From NCBI GenBank assembly GCA_964187785.1, contig OZ076409.1, positions 39,992,001 to 40,056,000 of the forward strand: DNA of 64,000 bases. The letters run 5' to 3'. The notes beneath the pieces were generated by a model that did no database searches, was not told the origin of the DNA, and saw only the letters and a list, made by a program, of their open reading frames with translations. Both the position numbers and the translations under genes were made by a program. This document shows, in pieces, positions 1-11,720 of the stretch. Source of the DNA: Amphiscolops sp. MND2022. Taxonomy: Eukaryota. Position 1 is the stretch's first letter; the number at the start of each line of letters is the position of its first letter.

Positions 1-1215
1 AATAACCAGCTCTTACTACATCTGAATATTCAGGGTCGTCGTATGAGTAACAGAGTTGATCAAATTTTTGATCTCTTTTTGTTTCTTGAGGCTTGCAGAT
101 TGTTTCAAGTTCCTGTGCTCTGTCCAAAGTTCCCCCAAAATCACGGTCACGCTCGTCTTCAAACAATTAGTTTGTATTCTTGACTCAAAACGTCCTTCGA
201 TAAACTGATCTCTCATATTTCGTTCTCTTTCGGGGAGGTGGTTTGTCAGGGAAGGCTATGTCTGCGAGATGACGTAATCTTCTCGAGAAATCTCTCGAGA
301 AGTCTTCGTTTACCCATTGTTTAACTGCTTTAAATTCCAATCGCGTAGCTCGGTGGCAGCGATTTTGTTGCATTTTGGGCTGAGGCGTTTCAAGGAAATC
401 ATCGAACCGTGGGAGATAACAGCCTGTTTCTTTCATAACATATTTGTGGGGGACAGTTTCAAATTCATCAATCGCCCGAAATTGTGCTGGATTGGAAGTG
501 AATATACATGTAGTTCATCAGTTCCTTAAAAAATCAACGTTCATTTATCAGCACTTGATTTGTATTCAATTCGTCTTTATTTTACCGGTGCTGTTAATCA
601 CGTTGAGAATAAACCTGTAGTTGCATTAGGTGTGAAAGTTCATTTCTTTCACATCCTTATAGTATCAAAGATTGTAGTGCTGGTAATTACCAAGTGTAAA
701 TTGGTGACTTGGTGTAAATCCAGTAATCGCGCTACCATTGCTTCGGTTTTGGCCATGCAGCAGCAAAGTGCGACACAAGCGATCACTAATTAACACCTGC
801 CAGACTAACCAATGAGAAAAGGCAGTTGATAAGAATTTGAGTCTTACCAACTAAGCGTGACACACAACTTGCAAAAGGGGAAGCCGCGATAAGTGACTAG
901 TCAGTGAAACACTCATACGACCTACTGTTCAGTTGCTATGAAATCTTGCCATATTAGCTGACTACTCCTATATTTGATCCTACCCGATCGTGGATGTTGA
1001 ATATAATCAAAACTGCAAGCTGATCTGAAAGTATATTCCACAACAAAATCCATCGTATACACATCTGCAATAACTTGGTGAACTGATGTTTCAATAAAGT
1101 ACCACGTTTAGTCTACATTAGCAGACTAAAGTATTCGCCTTTGGAATTAGACTAATCTCATCACAAAGTCATCTACAAATCCATTCTTTACTACAGTTTA
1201 TTTTTTAACCATCAC

Positions 1216-1510
1216 TTGAGTTCAGAAGAGGGTACTAGACTTCGAAGTTGTAAAATCTTTGATATATCTGTAAACCCTCAATCATCAAATCCTCAAATAA
1301 TGGCTGAAGTGAACAACGCAGAAACTGAGTCTGTTGGAGAGTCAAATGTGACTTCGCAAATAGCTGAAATAGAAGATAATTACGAACGAAAGTTCAACGA
1401 AGTAGTAGAGCTGAAGAATTTAATGATGGCAATGATGGAAAAGTCAAGCAATACCCGTACTACTACGTCAGGTAAAAGTTCTTCAAAGCAACCCTTACAA
1501 GGGTCTGACA
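1216..1510 (+). mobile_element. 3' part of an LTR encoding a Gag N-terminus-like peptide (solo or 3' LTR; left boundary not determined)
   Basis: The ORF MSSEEGTRLRS...KQPLQGSD has a coiled-coil-like stretch and runs to GGGTCTGACA (1501-1510), a CA terminus not followed by a PBS. This is the same layout as the other LTR-encoded peptides in the window. Confidence 0.45.
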
Positions 1511-4104
1511 CTTATATAACTAATTAGGATCAATTAGCCGAAATTATTAAATGTCGAATTTGCAGAAAACTGAAAACGCAATAAGTTGAAATATTGTGGG
1601 CAGTTGAAAAAGTAACGGTTGAAAATGCAAAGGATGAAATGTCCTGACACCCCTAAACAGTTTTTAAATCTCAATCAATTTCGCACACACTGTCGTTTCT
1701 CCAGAAAACTATTTTTTCGTGAAGGAATTTGTTTGTTTGCTTCATAATTCTTTGGTTGAAGTCGCTTGTAGTAATTATTAAAGACAGACAGCTGGTTACT
1801 GAAGAGACATCCACCATATTCGCAGTCTAATTCAAGCAGTTGATTGGCTGCACTTTCCCCATTTTTGTTTCAGTTGTTTAAATAACTGATTGCCTCAATC
1901 AATTTAATTTATTGGTTGCGTCCTTTTGCCGGGATTAGTTACAATTAAAAAAACTCTGCTCGCTGTTTCGAAGCTCCTGAGAAGCAGCTGATGGTTTCGA
2001 AGAGCTCAAGTCCTCACCAAGAACAACTTTTTCTAGAACTTTCTCGAAAGTCCAGTGTTTGGAAGTAGATCATGGTACTGAAGAATGTATACTATCAGTA
2101 ACGCACGAGCATCCGATGAGTCAAAGTCATAACCTTTATGCCTCTTGAGTATCTATCGCTTGAAAAGTTGCAAGTTGGGCAAAAACTTCGCTCAAAATCA
2201 TTTCCTTCGCTAGGATTAAAGCAGAAAAATAGAATCCGGGTCAGTTTGATCAAGGATTCAGTTTGTGATAATTTTCATTTTGTGTGTAACTCGATGACCA
2301 TCCCATGATACTTCGGATTGTTTTTTTTTCAAAAAGTCACTCATTTTTCAAACCAAGAAAGTTTTTCATGAGTATGCATTCGGGACGATTCAAATCGTAG
2401 ACTATTCAAAGCGTCGAAAGCAGTTTACATTGAGTAAATACTGCGATTCATAGTCACGTTACCAAAATTTCATTCAATGAGCCAATCAAATTCAGTAAAA
2501 TGAATACAGCACAAGCGACGAACTAATTACGATAATGTAATCAGCTATACTCACATACCCCTAGGGCCCTAAATGCAGGAGCTAAGCTAAGCGGAGCGCC
2601 GTGCCGTATGGCCATGCCGCAATGTTGCTACTTGGCGAAGGGACCGAAGCGACAGAGCCATACAACAAATATGCTGACCTCTTCAAATAATAACCTGAAA
2701 ATAATCGCTGCTATAGAATTCTTTGAATACCCTTAACTTTATCGGCTGTTTGAATATTCTGCGATTTGAATAGTCACCCCCGCGCTCAGTCGAAGTCATG
2801 TTTCCGCGTATTCTGCTTCACTACCGACCGGTCAGTATATTAGGAACAACTGTTTTGATTGGTTGAAGTTTCATTTTTTTCAAACTTTTTTCAACCCCGA
2901 AGCTAGTGAAGACAAGAAAGCAGATTTGGACTAGAGAACGTCGAATAAAGTGATGAAAAACTTGAAGATTTGTGGACGGTCTTTTTCGTCTATTTGTTTT
3001 GTTTTGCATTGATTCAATTGATTTATTTCATCAAATTGATTTTTCGATGAAGTACAATAGATCTTAAGACAGAGAAGAGAATGCGTTTGAATATGTTTTC
3101 CATGTTTTTTTGGAGGTATGAGATCGCTGGGAGACTTCGTTTTCTTGCTTCCTTTCTTTTCAAGAAATTCTGTAAACTGCTTGGAAGATTTTTCAAATCA
3201 AAGTGCATGGCTATGTTTTGAGTTTTGAGCTTTTTAGAAACTGCTTGAAAGTTTCAAAAAAATTTTCCATGCAGCGTCCCTGAATTTTCTGTTTTATGGA
3301 AAATTAGCTCGCATGCATAAATGCAGCATGGAAAACTTCCCGGCAGATTCGACAGGAGAACCATATCTGCACATCCATTCAGAACGAGAAAAATCGATGT
3401 TTGAAATTCTTGTGAAACATTCTTTTCCAGTAGCGTTCGCAAGTATCTAACAAAATTTTACTGCAACGTTTATTCTGTCTGAATACTTAATCTTTCTTGA
3501 GGTTATCAACAAAATTGAAAGACTGAGCAGTCATGATGACCCAATCAAACCAGTGGAAAATTTTTCATACTTCACTGGTTGAAGTGATAACTGGCAACGG
3601 GTTCAGTTTCATCCCATATTTGCTTTTTGGAATATCTGTGACAGATTGTGATGTGGGAAAATATTTGATGATAACCACTGCTTTTCGACTTTTCACACCG
3701 AAATTGATCTCAGCATACATGTTCATACAAGAAAGAATCACTGTCTTTTTCAAATGAATCCATTAATAGCTAACATTGTTGCATTTAAGCCCAGTGGGTA
3801 ATACTTAAGCTGAATGTATGTGCTGCAAGTAAAACCACTGTAATTCCTAACCGTAAAAATCATCTACATACGTTCACCAGCATTGTCTAAGTCAATGAAC
3901 ATGATACTAGAGGCGCAAAGACACTGCTATTTTTTAGTCGGCGTTTTCGAAGAAAAACACGAGTCTTACAGTGGCTAGTTTTTTTCGTCAGTTCAACGCG
4001 ATCGGTCCACTTTTTGTGCATTATGCACTTTTACCATATTCACTTAGTACTTCATTTTCAACGCATCCAAAGCCTCTAACATGAGATAAAATGCCATTCC
4101 AAAG

Positions 4105-4480
4105 CAGAAGGGTCCCCCTTTCCACATTTTTCGACACTTTGAGACTTTTTCCCTTTTTCGGCACTGTGAGACTGTTCAAATTTCTCAATTTTTTACACAA
4201 TTTTTTTATTGCTGCAAAGGCCTACCATCAATTTTTTGATGTTTTGCAACAGAATGGATGTTCAAAAATGCCAAAAAGGTCCCACCTTCTACATTTTTTG
4301 GCACTATGCGACTTACCGGAGACTTCAAAAAAAATTTCGAGAAAAATTAGGAATTTTGTTTTGTCACTTTTTAGTTTTTTGAGAGCTTTTGTTGTCTCCA
4401 GTTGTAGAAAAAGTGGTTTTCGAGTCTTATTGAGCCTTCAATATAGCGCCGACTTGACTTGGGCCTTTACCGGCTTGTTT
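4105..4480 (+). repeat. Non-autonomous interspersed repeat, copy 1 (possibly Helitron-like)
   Basis: It shares AAGGGTCCCCCTTTC / TTTTTCGGCACTGTGAGA blocks and the 3' end GAGCCTTAGATATRGCGCCGACTTG...CTTGTT with 7310-7678 and 7860-7903. Confidence 0.6.
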
Positions 4481-4744
4481 TTTATGCTATTATTAGGACC
4501 AAATGGACCTTCCAGAGTAGAAAAAGACTTAAAACCAAATTTGTGAATTTTTCCGGAAAAAAATTGGCTCAACAAAGTCGCTGAATGTCAAAAGACCCCA
4601 AGGGGACCCAATGCTTTGTTTCCGCTAGAAACTAGAGGGAGTTTTTGGTTTGAAAAAAATAGAAAAAAGCGCACAGTACCAAAGAACCCCTAGAAGGTTG
4701 ACCCACTGGTGTTTCCTATACCATTGTAAGCATAAACAATTTTC

Positions 4745-4830
4745 TTGTAGCGCGGGACTCGAACCCAAGTACACGAAGAGAAACCCACTCACAACTTAGA
4801 GAATCTCACGTTAACCTCCAGGCCAAGTAA
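4745..4830 (-). repeat. tRNA-derived SINE-like head (A/B-box-like motifs)
   Basis: The minus strand reads TGGCCTGGAGGTTAA (A-box-like) and about 50 nt later GGGTTCGAGTCCCG (B-box). I could not see a complete cloverleaf. Confidence 0.3.
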
Positions 4831-7309
4831 GCAGAATTCAATTTCTAATCGGCAGAATTTTGGTAGGAAAAGAAACAAATTCCACAGTTAAAACTAAGAT
4901 TTTTTGTTTCTTATGAAAAAATTCACCTAATATTAACAAAACTAACCTAGTGCAAGCTAAAATTTACGGAAAAAACTTTTTGTCTTGTAACTTCTAGCAA
5001 GAGGCGTACATACTAGAGCCGCGACAATGCCTAGGTTGCTTTGACAGGACTCCAGGGTATTACTGCAACCATAGACACCAGCGTTTCTCCCAAAAGTGGT
5101 TTACTAGGGGCACTTTTCTAACGTCGAGGAGAATCCTCATTGAGAGCTCCGAGGCTTTTTGCCTTGTCGGCGCACTCAAAGTCCGGACACGTCCTGAAAG
5201 CACGTAAAACTGGTTCTTAGCGAATTCCTACACACGTCCCTACATACATAGGTCCAAAAAGGCACTTAGCTGAAATACATTATATGGGGGGAATACGAAG
5301 GAAATAGGGGATCTACCAGATCAAACATCATCATACACCTGCAAATTGCTACTAATTAATAAAAATACTTGCCAAGAAAAACATCTGAAACAGTCCTAGC
5401 GAGTTTTGGGTGTGGGGAACTGTCTGTGACAAATTTGCATTTTTCTTCTTGTTTCCGGGAGGGTCCGCATTTCCTGGGTTAGTCTTCAAAATTCTCAGAC
5501 TGGATAATTCTGGGAGAAATGGAACAAAACTGGGTGCTCTAAGTTTTTTTAGGTGTTTTCGGGGTGACCTTGTGACTCTATCCGTATGTGTTCTTTTTCT
5601 CCGTGAAGCGTCTTTTTGAGAGATTTTGGGTACCTGCAAGATTGGCCATTCTTATTTTTGTGCGATAGTTAGAATTTTTCAAAATTTTTCATCAGGTGCC
5701 ACTAAACTGGTGGATGTTACGCCTTTATTGACTCTTGACAAATGAACAAGACGCCCGTTCACCAACTGAGCCATAGCTTTTTTGGGAGGGGGGAACAGAA
5801 TCTAAAGAATAAGATATAAAATGTAGTGATTTCAGATCTTATTCCCTTTAGATCTTATTCTCGTGCTTAAATTTTAGATCTTGTTCCCTTTTTTGACTTT
5901 AGATATTATTCCCTATTCCCCCTCTAAATTAGCCAGAGTCAAGTGGATAGATAGTGAAGTGGTAGAGGTAGTCAAGTGTATGGAGATAACCAAGTGGAGT
6001 TTCGGCAGACTTTGGAAAAAACGCGTCACAGATCTTGATTTTCCTCCCCCATTTGTAAAATGTGGGCTCGGAAAATAAAAAGGAATGTTGCCACTTGGCA
6101 ATGTTCTGTCATATTCTTTTATAAGTCTTCATTGAGAGACTCATGAAGACCTGCTGGATAAAGTTGAATAAGATCGAACTACGTATGAGTAAAATATTTT
6201 TAAGAGTAAAAAGTATTAAACAGAAATAGGGGCAGTTCAGTTTTTTCCTCGTTAATTGTCAAACCCCTATACCCAACTCCGTGAGAATCTAACCCACAAC
6301 AAAAATCAAATTTTAGTGAACTATTCTCTTTACATGAATGATTTGTAACATTGTAGCCATTGTAACCCTGCCGTCGTGAAACCTGTTGTATTCTACCACT
6401 AAGTAACTGGGAAAGAGAAAAAGTTTAAAATATAAGCATTCTAATTTCACACGGTATCATAAACAACGGTATCACAAAATGAATGTATTTAATCTAGGTT
6501 CTTTTTGAGTTTGTTCACTAACAACTCGTATAGTCTTCTAGACTAATGTTTATGAACGGAAGCTCGTTAGAGGTCATGGAAACGGATGAACCGTATAACA
6601 AAACCTTCGGTCCTCGAAAGTTTGGTTGGACAGGTTTTAGCATAAACCAGCCTGCTTAGAACTTCAAAAGCTTTTCACTGTTTTTTTTCTCAGCGCAGAC
6701 TATCATTTGACGGTATTGAAATAAGATGACACTACATGGAGAATTTGTTAGAAGACATATTCCATTTGAATGATGAGTTTTCTTGCAATCTGATTGTTTT
6801 GGGACACATTTGTTTTGGTCTCGTATAAATTTTCCCTAACTTTTTTCTTTTCTTAATTTTCATCGAAACCAACTCGCCGAATGCAACTCGCCGAAATTAG
6901 AAGGTGGTCGAAAAGTAACTCGTCTAATAGTGATTGAGCACAAACTCGTCGAATAATTACAGATTACCCACAGTACCTATTCAGTGCCTATTATGGATTA
7001 ATTTTAGTTACTCGATGATTGAAATACTCAGTTTTACGCATACTGTACCTTTTAGTCGGCGCTACTACAGTCCCTCGTTTTTTCTTTTTTTTTTCGTTTT
7101 TCTTTGAGACAGTTCTTAAGAAAAAAGTCGAATATAGTCATGGCTTTTCGTCAGTGTTTTTTTTCGATACACCTGAAGTGATCAAAATAGTCCTACCAAA
7201 TGTTGTACAAAATTTTTAAGGCGCCAAATTGTACCTGTTGGACAAGGGAAATGAACCAAAAAGGTTTTTCCTTTTTTCCGCGTGACAGAAAATACCATAC
7301 CGAGTGAGA

Positions 7310-7903
7310 CTAAAAGGTCACCTTTTTTTCGGCATTGAGACTTTTTTTCCGATAAAAAAATCTCCTAAAAGGGTCCCCTTCAAACTTTAGAGTTTTGCGA
7401 TAGAATGAATGTTGAAAAATCCCAAAGGGTCCCCCTTTCAGTTTTTTTCGGCACTGTGAGATTTTTTTCCGCGAATAAAAATTTTTCCCTCTTCAATTTT
7501 TTGATGTTTTGCGACAGAATGGATGAAAAATCTCAAAGTGTCCCCCCTGGCGAGCCATTTCGATCCAACTTTTCGGTTTTCCGGGTACTTTAGAAGAGAA
7601 TATTCTGACTCTTTGATGTTCTTTTGCTATTTTTGAGCCTTAGATATGGCGCCGACTTGGGCCGTATCCGACTTGTTAGTCTGATATTGGGTTGTCCCAT
7701 TATATACCCACAAACAATTTGTTTCAATACTAACTGAAACTTTGACCTAATATCCGGAGTAAAGCGCAATATCCGAATTTGTGACGTTATATCCGAACTA
7801 TATTGCTTTTTAATTGGGCATGAGGCCGAGGATCGAAAACATAGCGTTTTAGCTTTTTTTGAGCCTTAGATATAGCGCCGACTTGATACGTTCCCGTCTT
7901 GTT
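7310..7903 (+). repeat. Non-autonomous interspersed repeat, copy 2, plus a third 3' end
   Basis: It has the same internal blocks as 4105-4480. The GAGCCTTAGATATRGCGCCGACTTG...CTTGTT end appears at about 7635-7678 and again at about 7861-7903. Confidence 0.6.
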
Positions 7904-8211
7904 AGATTATATAATTTCTTGAAATGTTTCATTTTTATTGATTACAGTGTAATACTTCAGAATAATTTGAACCTTCATAACACAGTACGAACACAATTAG
8001 CCCTAAATTTGTGCGAGATTATTTGCTGTTTTTGGCGAGTGGCTTTTCCACGAGTTTTCCGGGTAGTACTTTCCACCAGTCCTTTTTGACGAGTTGTTTT
8101 CGACCAGCTGACAGCAATAGAAACAATGCACGCACAAAAAGTTTGCTATTTCTGTTGAAAAACAGGAAGTGTCAACAAACGTTCAAATATTCTTGATATC
8201 TGCTTTACCAG

Positions 8212-10656
8212 TGTCACAGACCGCTCCCGGTCTGGCATGTGGTTGTCGACGACTGAAGATAGGAAGAGGACATGGAGGTAATCTGAGAATTCCAAAGCCC
8301 TATTTTAACTGGTAAATTCAAAACTAACTTAAAATAAACTGTGACTTAAAATGCAAAATATACGCCTACTCAACGGAACTTTTAAACGAAATTAGATACG
8401 AAGGACGAATGAACTAAAATGATTTTTCACGCATTTCCGGTAAGACGTTTTAGTCACGTCAAAATAGTAACATTCACCACCTGAAAAATAAATTAAAACA
8501 CGTTTTAAAATAAAGAGATCATAAGCTAATCTAAATGGGAACATATCCAAAATCATCTCCAAAAGGAACATCATTCAGATCTAAAATAGAAAGTACATTG
8601 AGATGGCACGCCGAGGACTTTAAGCCTTTTCTAAGAAAGACAGCTTATTTGCACTTTGAACAGCAATTAGTGTGGTTTAGGACGACAATATTGAGTAAAG
8701 TAAACAAGACGGCGGTAGAAATAAGAGTACATGTACATTGGTCGTCAGTGAGACGCAGGCAAGTTTGAAGGTACACCAATTGACGTCACTGCCTCGTCTA
8801 TGCGTACCAGAAAACCATTCCGATTATCCGCCTGTATCAATGGCTTCATTAGAAACCATTCCAATTTTCCGCCAATTTGACGTCACAAACTTGACAGCTA
8901 GCTAGAAATTACTCTAAAATCATGGTCAATACTACGTCAACGCTACGTCAACTGACTAGAATTTTGTCTAGAATCTTGGTCAATACTACGTCAACGCTAC
9001 GTCAGCTAGCTAGAGTTTACTCTAGAATCTTGGTCATTACTACGTCAACGCTACGTCAGTTAGGTAGAAATTGTTCTAAAACCCAGAAATAACATGAAAA
9101 ATCCATCAAAATAACCACTTTGAGCTAATTAGAATGATGAAACAAACGCTGTTTTAATGGTTTAAGCTTGGGAACGTCATGCAGTCTTGGAATCAATCAA
9201 AATTAGGATAGAAGGAAAAAAACATTCGAGATAACGTCTAACTGTCGTCAAATAAATCCACAACTTAGATATGATCAATAAGATTTGGTTTGAATGAAAC
9301 CTTTCCACACCACTTAAGATAGAAGTCACAGTTTATTCTAAAGAACACTTCCTAAATGTGTATTTTGTATTACTTAATGTAAACTCCTGGCGGTATTTCA
9401 TACAAACAAACGTCGTCTTGACGTCCTAAACAAACTCAATGCTTCGATATTCTAGAAAGAGAATCATATTTTTACAGTGCTGCATTTGTATTGTTTTGAT
9501 ACGTCTTATCTAATGTTGTTGTGATTACATTTTGGTATTCTAGCCAAGTATATTATCGCTTGGAATTGCTGTTACTGTTTAACGTTCTTGTTGAAGTTAA
9601 CCTAAATTGGCGTTCACAATACGTTTGACCACGATTGTACCTATTTAAAAATAAAGGCTATGCGTGCTAATCTATTTAATTAAATACAGTTATGGAAAAT
9701 TTGATCCTTTTACTCTCTAAGCATCATCAAGTTGCCTAAATCACGATAATTAATCATAATTTCTCAGGTTGAATTTCAAAATCAGGTATTAGTTGTTCAC
9801 GTAAGCGTCATCTCCGCGTCAATTTTCCTACGAACCAAAGCAGAAAAACAGAGAAACTTTTCCGGTTTGACAGACTGAAGTAATATCTACTTCCTGCTTG
9901 TGAGGAAGCAAAAGGACACCGGAATGAAATGATATGATCATGGTTAATGACTAATGCTAAATTAGAAAGTGATATAAAATTTGACCAAATGTCGACGCAA
10001 ATTTGGGATAATAATGAATTTTTCACCAAAAAAACAGGAATGACTAAGTGTTTGAAGGAAATTGGGAAAATAGTCGTATTCAAATGATGCTAGGAGGGTA
10101 TAAATACGGTGCAATTTGATGATTAGGGGACTCAGTCTTTCCTAATTGTGAACATTAGTTGCTCAATAACTTGTTCATTTTCTCAATCAACCTCATTCAA
10201 CTTTGTTGAAAAACACTCAGAAGATAAATTGAATTCATCTGAACAAAATCTTTCTTCATCAAAATGTCAACTACAAGGAGCCAAAAGAGGAGAAACCATC
10301 AACAAGATACTGTCAAAAGTGTAAGTGAAGGCTTTGTTTCACCAGTTGTAGTAGAAATTTCTTGTCCTCTAGTCCAGGGTGTAAGCATTGCGGTCCCGTC
10401 TAAACCAAAATCTCCCAGGATCGAAGGTAGTTTCTTAGAAAGTTTGAGGGCTTCTTTAAAAGGACTTTTGAAATCAAGAATCTCCTCGTAGAATCGCAGA
10501 GAGAAATGCTAAGGCTTCTTAAACCTGAAACAAGAGAAAACGTAAGGAAAAACGCCGAGGATGAAACGGAGAATGAAACGAGGAATTTCTACATTCCTAA
10601 AAAATCAGTTAGAATTAATTCTACTCAAAACAACGACCCGTCTTGTAGTCGTAACA
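8212..10656 (+). mobile_element. 5' LTR (about 2.45 kb) of Gypsy element A
   Basis: It starts TGTCACAGACCGCTCCCGGTC, matching the start of the LTR at 53738 (-), and ends CGTAACA directly before a TGG PBS. A TATA-like TATAAATA lies at about 10099. Segment 8672-10617 is repeated at 25704-27568. Confidence 0.8.
8895..9065 (+). repeat. About three copies of a ~54-bp tandem repeat in LTR U3 (enhancer-like)
   Basis: The unit is GCTAGAA...CTAGAATCTTGGTCAATACTACGTCAACGCTACGTCA. The LTR copy at about 25930-26045 has two units. Confidence 0.8.
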
Positions 10657-11720
10657 TGGTGACAGGAGTCCTAACCGACTCCACAAACCACCCGAAAAGA
10701 CCAAAAATGAGGTCCCAAAGCCAACCAGCGTCTAAAAAGCGTCCCGCGGTAGTCAGAACACTTTTTGGAGCAGAATAGAACGACAACTCCTTGCTACTTA
10801 TGCCAAAGGCCCTAACGGCATCACTCCCAACGTTTGACGGGAAATCCGAAAAATTCGAGCTTTTCGAGGATCTTTTCCGTAGCAATGTCAAAATGTACCC
10901 ACACCTCACGGAACTCCAAAAAGTTAACTATTTTCACTTCTTACTAAGAGGAGACGCCCTACAATCGTTTTGCAACATAGAGGATGCGAAAAAAGAATCC
11001 TTGGAGGAAATCATGAAATTTTTTAAACGTCGTTTCGGTGAGTGACTACTTATCAATGGCAAAAGCCAGATGTGAATGGGACGCACTCAGGTTTGACCCC
11101 TCAACGCAAATCTACACGAATTTTTGGACGTCCTCCAAAAAAACCGCCAAGGAGGCTTTCGGATCAGAAGCCCAGCAATTAATAGACAAGGCTACATATG
11201 CCAAGATGCCCGACCACGTTAGGAAGATATTAAACAGGGCATACCTCGAAGACAAACCGTACAACTACATCGTACTCCACCTAGAAAGAGAGATGCGACT
11301 CAATGGCCTTGGAGCACCAGATGAGGTCACCTTAGTCCCTTTAAATAAAATAGAACCTACTCGAACAAAACCTGAGATCAAGCCAGCTGAAATTAATACC
11401 CAAAATACTACTCGAAATACTAAAATAAGATACTGTTTCTACTTCAATAAATTCGGCAACTTCTAAGCAGAATGCCGAAAAATGAGAAAAGATAAATGGC
11501 AACAGACACGGAGTAACAACGGCCAAACCAAAATTAGTGCAGGCACCACGCTTAAATGCGATACTTGCGGCAAACCTCATCAAACAGAACATTGTTGGAA
11601 TGGAGCCAACTCGGCCAACGATCCGAGGCCTAAGCGTCACTTCCAACAAGAAAGGAAGACAGATACCTCCGCCCAGAAAACGACAGCTAAATTTGGAGAT
11701 GAATCAAAAACTAATTACGC
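10264..11720 (+). pseudogene. gag: Gypsy A gag (frameshifts and stops)
   Basis: Fragments include LPTFDGKSEKFELFEDLF, LLRGDAL, AKMPDHV..LN.AYLE and zinc knuckles CFYFNKFGNF*AEC and CDTCGKPHQTEHC. It is closely similar to the gag at 50630-52000 (-). Confidence 0.85.
10657..10669 (+). promoter_or_regulatory. Primer-binding site, probably tRNA-Leu type
   Basis: TGGTGACAGGAGT follows the LTR-terminal CA. It differs by one base from TGGTGTCAGGAGT, the complement of a common tRNA-Leu 3' end. Degenerate copies occur in elements B and C. Confidence 0.65.

Noticed and set aside
3520..3900. Host exon or PHD-finger remnant
   Set aside because: All frames contain stops and there is no complete Cys/His pattern.
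4745..4830. Functional tRNA gene
   Set aside because: Only box-like motifs are present and I could not build an acceptor stem or cloverleaf.
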